DNA from: an uncultured delta proteobacterium
Lineage (GTDB): Bacteria > Myxococcota_A > UBA9160 > UBA4427
Assembly (NCBI GenBank): GCA_963822965.1
Contig: CAWGJT010000012.1
Location: 320,001 to 384,000 of the forward strand
Reading direction: 5' to 3'
DNA length: 64,000 nt
Both the position numbers and the translations under genes were made by a program. Of this stretch, positions 25,319 to 34,744 are shown in pieces. Position 1 is the stretch's first letter, and the number at the start of each line of letters is the position of its first letter. Under the pieces are notes generated by a model. It ran no database searches. It saw nothing but the letters and a program-made list of their open reading frames with translations, and was not told the origin of the DNA.

Positions 25319-25708
25319 ATGGCACACCAATTCCTGTCCGACGGCTGGTTCGAGGAGGCCGAGCGGATTCGCGCCGAGATCGACCCGCCGGTTCCGGCGA
25401 TGATCCAGGATCTCGTCATCAACCTGGTCGTCAAGAACGGGCCCGGGGGAGACATCGAGGCCAAGATGTCGGGCGGTCGCTTCCTGAAGGGCCTGGCCGC
25501 CGACGCGCCGACGAAATTGACCGTCCCCTACGACATCGCCCACAAGATGTTCATCGAGCAGGACCCGCAGGCCTCCATGCAGGCCTTCATGAGCGGTCAG
25601 ATCCAGGTCGAGGGGGACATGAGCAAGATCATGGCCATGCAGGCGGCGGGACCGCCCAGCCCCGAGGCCCTGCAGGTGCAGAGCCGAATCAAGGAGATGA
25701 CCGAGTAG
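25319..25708 (+). CDS. SCP2 sterol-binding domain protein
   Basis: FLSDGW, MQAFMSGQIQVEGDMSKIM; GGAGG RBS. Confidence 0.85.
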   Translation: MAHQFLSDGWFEEAERIRAEIDPPVPAMIQDLVINLVVKNGPGGDIEAKMSGGRFLKGLAADAPTKLTVPYDIAHKMFIEQDPQASMQAFMSGQIQVEGDMSKIMAMQAAGPPSPEALQVQSRIKEMTE

Positions 25709-26600
25709 GCCCGCCGGGCACCTCGCCGACGGCTGCCAGCAGCCGTCGCGGGCCCACGGCGCGCAGGCGCGCCAGCGCGTCGTCGTCGCGCACCAGCAGG
25801 GACCCGGCGAACCCCATGGCGTTCACCGAGATCCCCTGCCAGCGGTCGCGGCTGCGCGGCACCACGAGCATGCGGCGGCGCGTGACCAGCAGGTTGTAGG
25901 GACGGGTCTCGGCTCCCACCTCCAGGGACAGCTCTTCCAGCAGCCGGCGGTAGGCCGCGTGCAGCGCGTCGCCAGCTCCTTCCGGCGCATCGCCCCCTGG
26001 CGCCGCGCTCTCCAGCGCGACCTGTCCGAAGACGAAGTCCGAGGCGTCGGACGCGAAGAGCGGCTCGGTGGGCAGGCCCGGCGCGGGACCCGCGGTGGCG
26101 GCGGCGCCGAACGGCAGGGGAACGAGCTGCAGGTGCTTGTGGGACTGGCTCGCGCCGGCCGCGGGGCCGGCGTTGTAGAAGCCCAGCCCGTCGATCTGCC
26201 GCATGCACGCGCAGAGCGCCGCGAAGTCCTCGCGGGTGAGCCGGGCCTGCTGGGGCTCGAAGCGGCGGGTCACCACCAGCAGGTGGTCTTCGACGACCGG
26301 GTACTTGTTGAGCAGCACGGCGTGGGACGCCGAGACGTCCGCCACGAAGAGGTCGTCCTCGTAGGGCGGCAGGAAGGGATCGCGCCCCGGCGGGTCCGAC
26401 GCGCGGGCGCGCCGGGGCTTGCGATCGAGCCCGCGCAGCACCCGGACCGAGAAGGGCACCCCGCCGTCCTCCACGAGGCACCGCTCGGTCGCGATCGGCT
26501 GCAGATCTCCCGAGCCCAGCGCGCGCTCCCGCTGTCGCCTCGCCCGGGCGATCAGCTCGCCGGGCCGGGGCGCGTCGGACGAGGCGGACCGGAGCGTCAT
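25689..26600 (-). CDS. ATP adenylyltransferase / Ap4A phosphorylase
   Basis: DPFLPP, LLNKYPV, FYNAGPAAGASQSHKHLQ, SVNAMGFAGSLLV. Confidence 0.9.
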   Translation of the reverse strand: MTLRSASSDAPRPGELIARARRQRERALGSGDLQPIATERCLVEDGGVPFSVRVLRGLDRKPRRARASDPPGRDPFLPPYEDDLFVADVSASHAVLLNKYPVVEDHLLVVTRRFEPQQARLTREDFAALCACMRQIDGLGFYNAGPAAGASQSHKHLQLVPLPFGAAATAGPAPGLPTEPLFASDASDFVFGQVALESAAPGGDAPEGAGDALHAAYRRLLEELSLEVGAETRPYNLLVTRRRMLVVPRSRDRWQGISVNAMGFAGSLLVRDDDALARLRAVGPRRLLAAVGEVPGGPTRSSP

Positions 26601-26663
26601 GGCGGGGCAGTCTATCCCGGGGACGCACGATCGCTAAGCTGCGGGCCTCCAGGAGGCCACCGC

Positions 26664-27602
26664 ATGCGCTTCGACAATCGCGTCACCAGGATGCTCGGCG
26701 TCGAGTTCCCCATCGTCCAGGCGCCGATGGGCTGGATCGCACGCTCCCAGCTCGCGTCGGCGGTCTCCAACGCCGGCGCCCTCGGCATCATCGAGACCTC
26801 TTCGGGCGAGCTCGACGTGGTGAAGCAGGAAATCCGCAAGATGAAGGACCTGACCGACCGGCCCTTCGGCGTGAACATCGCCCAGGCGTTCGTGCGGGAT
26901 CCGAACATCGTCGACTTCGTGATCGAGCAGGGGGTGCGTTTCGTCACCACCTCCGCGGGCAGCCCGACGAAGTACACCGCGTCGCTCAAGGCGGCGGGCC
27001 TGACGGTCTTCCACGTGGTGCCGACCCTGAAGGGGGCCCTCAAGGCGGTGGAGGCCGGGGTCGACGGGCTGATCGTCGAGGGCGGCGAGGGGGGCGGCTT
27101 CAAGAACCCCCGGGACGTCTCGAGCATGGTGCTGCTGCCCCTCGTCCGGTCGAAGGTCGGCGTCCCCATCATCGCCGCCGGCGGCATGCTCGACGGCGCC
27201 ACCATGGCGGCGGCGTTCGCCCTGGGCGCCGAGGGCGTGCAGATGGGAACGCGCATGGTGTCCTCGGCGGAGTCGCCGGTTCACGAGAACTGGAAGAACG
27301 CCATCGTCGCCGCCGAGGAGACCGACACCATCTTCCTGAACCGCCGCTTCGGCCCCGGCCTGCGGGCTCTGCGCACCGAGCGCAGCGAGTCTCTCGAGTA
27401 CGCCGAGCAGAACGTCATGGGTGAGTTCGGTCGCGCCATGGACCTCTACTTCGGTGGCGACATGAACGCGGCCATCGCCCTCACCGGGCAGGTAGCCGGA
27501 CGCATCGATTCCGTGCGTCCGGTGGCCGACGTGATCCGCGAGACCGCGAAGGAGTTCTTCGAGGTGCTCGACGGCCTCGCCGACGCCTACCTGCGCGGGT
27601 AG
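26664..27602 (+). CDS. Nitronate monooxygenase / FabK-like flavoprotein
   Basis: PIVQAPMG, PFGVNI, EGGEGGG, IIAAGG, GAEGVQMGTR, GQVAG. Confidence 0.9.
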   Translation: MRFDNRVTRMLGVEFPIVQAPMGWIARSQLASAVSNAGALGIIETSSGELDVVKQEIRKMKDLTDRPFGVNIAQAFVRDPNIVDFVIEQGVRFVTTSAGSPTKYTASLKAAGLTVFHVVPTLKGALKAVEAGVDGLIVEGGEGGGFKNPRDVSSMVLLPLVRSKVGVPIIAAGGMLDGATMAAAFALGAEGVQMGTRMVSSAESPVHENWKNAIVAAEETDTIFLNRRFGPGLRALRTERSESLEYAEQNVMGEFGRAMDLYFGGDMNAAIALTGQVAGRIDSVRPVADVIRETAKEFFEVLDGLADAYLRG

Positions 27603-27644
27603 GCCCGCGGCAAGGACCGGCCGCGGGCTGGCGTGAGGGCTGCG

Positions 27645-27872
27645 GAGCCCTCAGCCCCGAAGAGAGCCCTCAGCCCCCAAGAGAGCCCTCAGCCCCCAAG
27701 AGAGCCCTCAGCCCCCAAGAGAGCCCTCAGCCCCCAAGAGAGCCCTCAGCCCCCAAGAGAGCCCTCAGCCCCCAAGAGAGCCCTCAGCCCCCAAGAGAGC
27801 CCTCAGCCCCCAAGAGAGCCCTCAGCCCCCAAGAGAGCCCTCAGCCCCCGAAAGAGCCCTCGGCCCCCAAAA
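27645..27872. repeat. Tandem repeat of 12 x 19 bp (GAGCCCTCAGCCCCCAAGA)
   Basis: Nine identical internal copies; copies 1, 11 and 12 degenerate; no spacers. Confidence 0.97.
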
Positions 27873-27875
27873 TAG

Positions 27876-28051
27876 GCGGCCAGCTCGCAGTGCCGGCAGC
27901 CGCTCCGCGTGAAGAGGCTGATCTGGGGGACCGGCCGGGCCTCGGGGTCGAGGTAGCGGAGCATCGTGTCCGCGTCCGATACCTCGTAGGGGTCTCCCTC
28001 GACCTGGGGCTCCGAGAAGATCTTCTCGATGACGCCGTCCCGGGCCAGCAT
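27876..28051 (-). pseudogene. Internal fragment of a hybrid peroxiredoxin-glutaredoxin (Prx5-Grx)
   Basis: [34 protein letters not shown]...[12 protein letters not shown] matches the Prx5/Grx domain junction; both ends missing. Confidence 0.85.
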
Positions 28052-28235
28052 CACCCTGCTGCCCGAGTCCGCCGTCGAGGTCGAGCTGCGGGGCAGCCCG
28101 GAGCTGGTCACCCGACCCTTCCGCAAGCCGGTCCCCCACCGCACCATCGGGCTCGCCTGGCGAAGCACCTCCCCACGAGGGGAGGAGTTCGAGCTCCTGG
28201 GCGACGAAATGCGCCGGCGGCCCCCGGATCGCTGA
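28049..28235 (+). pseudogene. oxyR: C-terminal fragment of an OxyR-like LysR regulator
   Basis: [10 protein letters not shown]...[22 protein letters not shown] resembles the OxyR C-terminus; no HTH or N-terminal part. Confidence 0.75.
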
Positions 28236-28289
28236 TAAGCTCCAGGCTCGCCGCCGGTGCCTCCGGCGAGCGCCTCCAGGAGACCCCAC

Positions 28290-29438
28290 ATGTCGAGCGA
28301 GACCCCCGTCCACGGCCACTGCGACCCGCGCTTCGGCGCCGTGCGCGAGACCTTCGAGGCGGCCTTCGCCAGCGGCGCGGAGATCGGCGCGGCCTGCTCG
28401 GTGGTGCACGACGGCGAGGTCGTGGTCGACCTCTGGGGTGGCTTCCGGGACGGGGGACGCAGCCAGCCGTGGCAGCGGGACACCCTGGTCAACGTCTTCT
28501 CCACCACCAAGGGGATGACGGCGCTGTGCGTCCACCGGCTCGTGGACGAGGGGCGGCTCGACCTCGACGAGACGGTCGCGCACTACTGGCCCGAGTTCGC
28601 CCAGGCCGGAAAGGGCTCGATCACCCTGCGGCAGCTCATCAGCCACCAGGCGGGTCTCCCCGCCATTCGCCAGCCGCTTCCCCAGGAGGCCCTCTTCGAC
28701 TGGCACCGCATGACCGACGCCCTGGCCGCCGAGGAGACCTGGTGGGATCCGGGCACGAAGCACGGCTACCACGCGGTCACGTTCGGGTGGCTTCTGGGCG
28801 AGGTCGTCCGCCGCGTCACGGGCCTTTCGCTCGGCAGCTTCTTCGCGAAGGAGGTCGCCGAGCCCCTGGGCGCGGACTTCTTCATCGGCTTCGGCCCCGA
28901 GCTGGACGCGCGCGTGGCCCCCCTCGTGCAGGGCCCGATCTCCATGGGCGACGGTCCGAACCTGTTCCTCGAGATGATCCAGAATCCCGAGGGCATGACC
29001 GCCAAGGCGTTCAACAACCCGCCGCTCCTCGGCGACGGCGTCGCCAACTCCCGGGCCTGGCGGGCCGCGGAGATCCCCGCCGCCAACGGCCACGCCTCGG
29101 CGGCCGCGCTCGCGCGCATCTACGGCGAGCTCGCCGCCGGCCGCCTGCTCTCCCCGCACACCCGCGACGCCGCGCGCGAGTGCCAGGCGGAGGGAGACGA
29201 CGCGGTGCTGCCCCTGAAGACCAAGATCGCCTGTGGCTTCATGCTGGCGCCGGACAGCGAGCCCTGCGGCCCGAACCCGAGAGCCTTCAACCACGCCGGC
29301 GCCGGCGGGTCCCTGGGCTACTGCGATCCCGAGGCGCGGCTCGGGCTGGGCTACGTGATGAACCACATGCACATGGGCGCGTGGCTGGTGGATCCGCGGG
29401 CGCGCGCCCTGGTGGACGCGGCCTACCGGGGGCTCTGA
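28290..29438 (+). CDS. Serine hydrolase, beta-lactamase family (EstB-like)
   Basis: [12 protein letters not shown] (SxxK), [27 protein letters not shown]. Confidence 0.92.
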   Translation: MSSETPVHGHCDPRFGAVRETFEAAFASGAEIGAACSVVHDGEVVVDLWGGFRDGGRSQPWQRDTLVNVFSTTKGMTALCVHRLVDEGRLDLDETVAHYWPEFAQAGKGSITLRQLISHQAGLPAIRQPLPQEALFDWHRMTDALAAEETWWDPGTKHGYHAVTFGWLLGEVVRRVTGLSLGSFFAKEVAEPLGADFFIGFGPELDARVAPLVQGPISMGDGPNLFLEMIQNPEGMTAKAFNNPPLLGDGVANSRAWRAAEIPAANGHASAAALARIYGELAAGRLLSPHTRDAARECQAEGDDAVLPLKTKIACGFMLAPDSEPCGPNPRAFNHAGAGGSLGYCDPEARLGLGYVMNHMHMGAWLVDPRARALVDAAYRGL

Positions 29439-29463
29439 CCGCTCTCGCGCTTCCGGCGACCGC

Positions 29464-30168
29464 TCAGTCCCAGTCCCCGCGCTCTCGCGCCCGGCGCTCG
29501 ACACTCTCGAGATAGCCCGCCAGGTGGATGCCGTCGCTGCCGTCGAAGACGTCCTCCAGGACCAGCACGTCGCGCATGCGATCCGGCCGGAAGCTCCGGT
29601 AGTCGCCGCGAAACTCGCACCAGGCCGCGAGGGTCCACTTGGTGCCCCAGAAGTAGAGCGCCAGCGGCCGTACGGTGCGCTGGCTCTCGGCGCCGTCGGC
29701 CCGGGTGTAGCCGAAGCGCACGGGGCGATGCTCGCCGACGGCGCGCCGCAGCACCGCCAGCTCGGCGGTCATCGCGGCGGTGCTCGGCCGGCCCGGAGCG
29801 AAGAGCGCCGTCTCCAGGAGCACGCGACGCAGCGGCTCGGGCAGCACGGCCTCGATCTTCGTCATGGCGCTGCGCACGGCATCGGCGAGGGCCGCGTCGC
29901 CCCAGGACGCGACGATGCGCGCCCCGAGCACGAGGCTCTCGATCTCCTGGGAGTTGAAGGTGAGCGGCGGCAGCTCGAAGCCCCGATCGATCCGGTATCC
30001 GACGCCCGCTTCGCCCTGGATGGGGACGCCGGATCCCTGCAGGTCCGCGATGTCGCGATAGACCGTGCGTTTGGAGACACCCAGCTCGTCGGCGATCTGC
30101 TGTCCCGTCGCGAAGCGACGCGAACGCAGCACCTGCACGAGCTGGAAGAGCCGATCGGCGCGCCGCAT
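29464..30168 (-). CDS. YafY-family HTH-WYL transcriptional regulator
   Basis: MRRADRLFQ, VSKRTVYRDI, GEAGVGY, LPPLTF, W..AAWCE.R...RSFRPDR. Confidence 0.93.
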   Translation of the reverse strand: MRRADRLFQLVQVLRSRRFATGQQIADELGVSKRTVYRDIADLQGSGVPIQGEAGVGYRIDRGFELPPLTFNSQEIESLVLGARIVASWGDAALADAVRSAMTKIEAVLPEPLRRVLLETALFAPGRPSTAAMTAELAVLRRAVGEHRPVRFGYTRADGAESQRTVRPLALYFWGTKWTLAAWCEFRGDYRSFRPDRMRDVLVLEDVFDGSDGIHLAGYLESVERRARERGDWD

Positions 30169-30387
30169 GGAAGGGGGACCTGCCTGCTGGGAGTGGGCGG
30201 ACCGAGGCCCACCACCGAGGATGGATCGGGAGCCCCATGGTACCCGTTGCTCGCCATCTGCGACGTGCCGATCGGACCACACGCCCCGAAGCCTACCCCC
30301 GGGCTGCTGACACCGTGGCGTCAGCGGAGTCGAGGGAGTCGCGAACGAGTCGTGGACCCGGGTCGAAGGGCGGCGGACTCGCCGGCG

Positions 30388-31416
30388 TCAGGCAGCGTCC
30401 TCGAGCGCGAGGAAGCGCTCCAGGATGCGCTCCCCGTCCGGGTGCCGGAGGATGCGCTCGGTCAGCAGCCGCCGGCTCTCCGCCGCGGCGAGCTTCGGCT
30501 GCTCGACCGTCGCCCAGTGGACGATGCGCTTCCAGGCACCGTCGATGAGCTCCCGTCCCGCGATCCGACCGCCGTCCACCGTCCGGAAGTGGACGTCGCG
30601 CAGCTCGCCGAGGTAGAGGCGCAGCGAGCGCACGTGGATCTCCTCGTCGCTGCGGATGCGACCGACCACGACCGCGGCCTCCTCGGCCTGCTCCCGCCGA
30701 TCCACGAAGAGCTCGGGATCGCGCAGGAGCCGCTCGCTGAACGAGAAGCCGATCTCGGCGCGGAACTCGATCAACAGCAGGTTCATCAGGAACATGATCG
30801 TCTGCTCGTAGGGCGGCGGGATCTGCGGCATCTCCGGACGGGCGGCCTCGGGCCGGCCGATGCGCTCGGGCACCACCGGCTCGGGGAAGTCCGTGTCCCC
30901 GAACGCCAGGTCCCGTAGCGCGAACCACATCACGTCGTGGCCCCCGATGCCCCGGGCGGGCTCGCCGCCTTCATCGACGCCGTGCGCCCACAGGAGTCCC
31001 TTGCCCAGATGGCCGATCCCCATCTCGGAGACGTCCTCGACCACGATCTTCTGGAAGTCGGGGAACGTGATCTCCGCCAGCAGGCGGCCTCGGGCCTCGA
31101 TCATCCCGGTGATGGTGAGATTGTTCCAGAAGGTCTGCCCCAGCCCCTCCTGGAGCAGCAGCTTCTGCTGCGCTTCGTTGGGGTAGCGGACGCCTCCCAG
31201 CAACGAGGAATCGGCATCGAGCAGGTCCCCGCCCCGGGCGCGGAGGGCCTCGGTCCAGGCGTCGATCGCCGGGCCGCGGACCAGGGACCGCGGGGGCAGG
31301 TAGCGACCCGACTCGTCGAAGCCCCCGTGCAGGCGATGGCCGGCGATCACGTGGGGTCGCGCGTAGTCGTGCGACCGGCACAGCTCCTCGGCGGTGTAGG
31401 CGAGCTGCGTGCTCAT
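30388..31416 (-). CDS. Conserved hypothetical protein, probable ferritin-like di-iron fold
   Basis: Paired carboxylate/His patterns (IEARG...DEGG..GHD; IEFRAE...DEEIHV); start overlaps the TetR stop. Confidence 0.6.
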   Translation of the reverse strand: MSTQLAYTAEELCRSHDYARPHVIAGHRLHGGFDESGRYLPPRSLVRGPAIDAWTEALRARGGDLLDADSSLLGGVRYPNEAQQKLLLQEGLGQTFWNNLTITGMIEARGRLLAEITFPDFQKIVVEDVSEMGIGHLGKGLLWAHGVDEGGEPARGIGGHDVMWFALRDLAFGDTDFPEPVVPERIGRPEAARPEMPQIPPPYEQTIMFLMNLLLIEFRAEIGFSFSERLLRDPELFVDRREQAEEAAVVVGRIRSDEEIHVRSLRLYLGELRDVHFRTVDGGRIAGRELIDGAWKRIVHWATVEQPKLAAAESRRLLTERILRHPDGERILERFLALEDAA

Positions 31417-32120
31417 TCGGAAGCCTCCTCGGGCGATGGGTTCGCGGCGAATCCGCGGCGATCCCCGGCAACGACGGCGCGCGCGCACAGGCGCGTGATC
31501 TGGTCCACGACCGCTTCGCGGGGGAGCGCGCGCTGGCTGGCGTGCACGAGCGCGTGCTGGATCAGCCCCACCAGGGCGTGGGCCACCAGCAGCGGATCGC
31601 AATCGCCGTGCACCTCGCCCCGCTCGACACCGCGCTCGAGGCTGCGCGCGAGACCGCTTGCGAGGCGCTCGCGCAGGCCCCTGGCATGCGCACCGGAAGC
31701 GCTGGCGCCGATCACGGCCTCGTCGGCGAAGGCCGCGCGGACCACCCCGGGCTTCTCCTGCAGGAAGTCGAGGAGCGCGCCGAGGTAGCCGCGCAATCGA
31801 GACTCGAAGGAGTCACCGTCGCGCACCCGCTCGCGCGCGTGCTCCATCAGCTCCTCGGCGGCGCGGTCGGTGAACGCCGCGAAGGCCTCGCGGCGATCGC
31901 CGAAATGCAGGTAGAAGGTGCCGATCGCCACGTCGGCCGCGCGGGCGATGTCCTGGGGTCGGGTGGCCTCGAAGCCCCGCTCGGCGAACAGACGCGTGGC
32001 CGCATCGAGCAGCCGCTGGCGCGTCTCGGCCTTGCGGCGCTGGCGCCGGTCGGGCGGAGCCGCCTCCGCACCGGCGACCTCCGGCAGCGGGGGGACTTCT
32101 GCGGACCACTCGGGGCTCAT
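31413..32120 (-). CDS. TetR/AcrR family regulator
   Basis: TRQRLLDAATRLFAERGFEAT...IARAADVAIGTFYLHF. Confidence 0.93.
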   Translation of the reverse strand: MSPEWSAEVPPLPEVAGAEAAPPDRRQRRKAETRQRLLDAATRLFAERGFEATRPQDIARAADVAIGTFYLHFGDRREAFAAFTDRAAEELMEHARERVRDGDSFESRLRGYLGALLDFLQEKPGVVRAAFADEAVIGASASGAHARGLRERLASGLARSLERGVERGEVHGDCDPLLVAHALVGLIQHALVHASQRALPREAVVDQITRLCARAVVAGDRRGFAANPSPEEASE

Positions 32121-32129
32121 GGGCCGATG

Positions 32130-32158
32130 ATTATTTGTCAGCAATGACAGTTTGTCAA
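32130..32158 (-). promoter_or_regulatory. Sigma70 promoter of tetR with overlapping TGACA/TGTCA operator half-sites
   Basis: Minus strand TTGACA-N17-AATAAT; plus strand TGTCA(32136) GCAA TGACA(32145) GTT TGTCA(32153). Confidence 0.75.
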
Positions 32159-32250
32159 TCGGATCGTCCCACGAGCGACCGCCTTGGCGCCCCGCCGCGG
32201 CCATGCTGCAATGGGTCGGCGCCGGCCGACGGCGCCGCGGGAGGTCGGAC

Positions 32251-32961
32251 TTGCTGCTGCTCCACGAGGTCCACGAGCTGAGGGGTGCGCGCGCGGACGA
32301 CTTCGAGCGGAGCTACCGCGAGCGCTTCCTGCCGGCCCTGGCCTCGGGAGACGACGCCCGGCTGCTCTACTTCCTGCACCACGCGGTGGGCACCGGCCCC
32401 TCGTACCACGTCGTGACCCTCACCGCCCTGCGCGACGGCCGCGCCTGGGACCGCCTCGCAGACCGGATCGAGGCGGGGGACCTGCGGGACTGGACGGTCT
32501 CCCTGGACGATCTGCGATACGACGTGCGGGCCAAGATGCTGGTGCCCCTGCCCTGGTCGCCGCTCCAGCAGATCGAGCTTGCGGACGTCCCGTGCGACGG
32601 GCGAGAGCACCCGCTCTCACTCTTCATGGAGGACACCGTGTGGCCCTACCCCGGCGGCACCGAGCGCTACGTCGAGGCCGCGGGCTCGCACTACGCCCGG
32701 GAGATGCAGGCGCGGAACGACGAGGGCGGCGCCATGTTGCGGATCGAAGGCAGCTTTCGTAGCCGCTTCGGGAGCCACCAGCGCCGGGAGATCGTCCTGT
32801 GGCAACGGATCACGTCCACGCGCGGGCTGCTGGGACTGCTGACCCACGAGGTGCCCGCGCGCTTCAAGCAGCCCGGCATGTGGATGCACGACGCGCTCGC
32901 CGTGCGGGACCGCTGGCAGAGCCGGCTGCTGCGCACGTCGAGCTGGTCGCCCTGGCACTGA
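32251..32961 (+). CDS. NIPSNAP-like tandem-domain protein (start uncertain)
   Basis: LHEVH...W-W-SRLLRTSSWSP architecture; GGGAGG before the TTG at 32251. Confidence 0.55.
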   Translation: MLLLHEVHELRGARADDFERSYRERFLPALASGDDARLLYFLHHAVGTGPSYHVVTLTALRDGRAWDRLADRIEAGDLRDWTVSLDDLRYDVRAKMLVPLPWSPLQQIELADVPCDGREHPLSLFMEDTVWPYPGGTERYVEAAGSHYAREMQARNDEGGAMLRIEGSFRSRFGSHQRREIVLWQRITSTRGLLGLLTHEVPARFKQPGMWMHDALAVRDRWQSRLLRTSSWSPWH

Positions 32962-32969
32962 GGAACCCG

Positions 32970-33719
32970 TTGAATCCCTGCCTGCTCATCACCATCTACG
33001 ACCATCCGGACACCATCTACGACGTGGTCTCCGGGCTCGCGCCCATGCGGCTGCCCTGCCTGATCGTAGACGACGGCAGCGCCGAGCCCACCCGCAAGGC
33101 CCTGCGCCAGGCGTGCGACGCGTTTCCCTTCGTCGAGGTCCGTACCCGCACCCGCAACGGCGGTCGGGGCGCCGCGCTCAAGACGGGCTACCGCTGGGCC
33201 CACGACCGAGGCTTCACCCACGCCCTGCAGCTCGACGCCGATGGGCAGCACGACCCCGCCGAGGCCCCGCGCCTGCTGCAGGCGAGCCGCGCGCACCCGA
33301 CGGCCCTCGTCCTGGGCGACCCGATCTTCGACGCATCGGCCCCCCGCAGCCGCCTCTACGGACGCCTCGTCTCGCGCTTCTGGGTGTGGGTGGACACCTG
33401 GTCCTTCGACGTCCACGATCCCCTGTGCGGCATGCGCTGCGTCCCCCTCCGCGAGACGGTGCGGATCCTCGACCGGGCTGCGTGCGGCGACTTCATGGAC
33501 TTCGACCCGGAGCTCACCGTGCGACTCAGCTGGGCGGACGTGCCGATCGTCAACGTTCCGACCCACATTCGCTACTTCGAGGAGGGCGTGTCGCACTTCC
33601 GCATGGTGCGCGACAACGTCCGGCTGAGCCTGCGCTACACGCGGCTCTTCCTCGGAATGCTGCTGCGCATCCCCCGGCTCGTCCGCCGCAGGCTGCGGGG
33701 ACGGTCCGTGGCGCCGTGA
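32970..33719 (+). CDS. Glycosyltransferase family 2 (aryl-polyene cluster type)
   Basis: IVDDGS, NGGRGAA, THALQLDADGQHD, W-W-DT, D-LCG-R, MDFDPE, GVSHF...DN. Confidence 0.88.
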   Translation: MNPCLLITIYDHPDTIYDVVSGLAPMRLPCLIVDDGSAEPTRKALRQACDAFPFVEVRTRTRNGGRGAALKTGYRWAHDRGFTHALQLDADGQHDPAEAPRLLQASRAHPTALVLGDPIFDASAPRSRLYGRLVSRFWVWVDTWSFDVHDPLCGMRCVPLRETVRILDRAACGDFMDFDPELTVRLSWADVPIVNVPTHIRYFEEGVSHFRMVRDNVRLSLRYTRLFLGMLLRIPRLVRRRLRGRSVAP

Positions 33720-34744
33720 GCGAGGGCGCGAGCTGGCACGAGAAGCGGGAGCGCGGATCGAGCCTCGGCATCCGCATCATCGTGTGGGTGTACCGCAGCC
33801 TCGGCCGGCCCCTCGCCCGGCTGCTGCTGATCCCGATCGTCAGCTACTTCTTCGTCTTCGGCCGCGCCGAGCGCCGGGCGTCGCGTGACTACCTGGAGCG
33901 GCTGTACGCGTCGCCGGAAGGCGCGCGGGCCCTGGGACACCGGCCGGGCTGGCGCGACGTCTACCGCCACATCTACGAGTTCGGCGCAATGGTGCTCGAC
34001 CGCGTGGGCTTCTGGCTCGGGGGTCCCGACGACTTCTCGATCACGGTCCACGGCTCGGAGGAGCTGGACCGGGTGGCCGCCGAAGGCCGCGGCGCCATCT
34101 TCCTGGGCTCGCACCTGGGCAACTTCGATTCCATGCGGCTGCTCGCACACCACCGCTCGCCCATCGCCGTGCACGTGCTCATGTACATCGAGCACGCCGA
34201 GCGGATCAACGCCATGCTGCGACAGCTCCCGGGAGCGAACGTCGAAGGGCGTCCACCGCCCCGGGTGATCCCGATCCAGCCGGGCTCGGTCCAGCACGCG
34301 CTCGAGGTCCGGCGGTGCATCCAGAAGGGCGAGGTGGTCGCGATCCTGGCCGACCGGGTGCATCCGCTGGAGGTCACGCGCGTCGCACGGGTCGAGTTCC
34401 TGGGTGGCACCGCCTCGATCCCCGAAGGTCCCTTCCTGCTGGCAGGCACCCTCGGCTGCCCGGTGCTGATGATGACCTCGATCCGGGCCGGGTCTGGGCG
34501 CTACGAGATCTTCGTCGAGCGGATGGGCGAGAAGCTCGAGATCCCCCGTGCGCGCCGGCGGGAGGCGGTGCGCGAGCACGCTCAGGACTTCGCTCGTCGC
34601 CTCGAGGCGAAGCTGATGCTCGCGCCGCACCAGTGGTTCAACTTCTTCGCGTTCTGGGACGACGACGCGCCGGGCGCGGTGGCCCGAGCGCCCGAGGTGA
34701 CGTCAGGAGCCGCTTCGTCGCCAGGAGAAGGCCAGTCCGTCTGA
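33716..34744 (+). CDS. LpxL/LpxP-like acyltransferase (aryl-polyene cluster type)
   Basis: W...ERGS, SRDYL, SHLGN, ILADR, FLG...PEGPF, PHQWFNFFAFW. Confidence 0.88.
   Translation: MSEGASWHEKRERGSSLGIRIIVWVYRSLGRPLARLLLIPIVSYFFVFGRAERRASRDYLERLYASPEGARALGHRPGWRDVYRHIYEFGAMVLDRVGFWLGGPDDFSITVHGSEELDRVAAEGRGAIFLGSHLGNFDSMRLLAHHRSPIAVHVLMYIEHAERINAMLRQLPGANVEGRPPPRVIPIQPGSVQHALEVRRCIQKGEVVAILADRVHPLEVTRVARVEFLGGTASIPEGPFLLAGTLGCPVLMMTSIRAGSGRYEIFVERMGEKLEIPRARRREAVREHAQDFARRLEAKLMLAPHQWFNFFAFWDDDAPGAVARAPEVTSGAASSPGEGQSV

Noticed and set aside
27645..27872. CRISPR array
   Set aside because: Units are contiguous with no unique spacers, and no cas genes are present in the window
27633..27875. 80-aa repetitive ORF ([19 protein letters not shown])n
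   Set aside because: By-product of the 19-bp array, whose unit length is not a multiple of three; no independent coding signal
29464..30168. WYL regulator as a marker of a phage-defence island
   Set aside because: It is a short YafY-type protein and no defence genes are recognisable nearby
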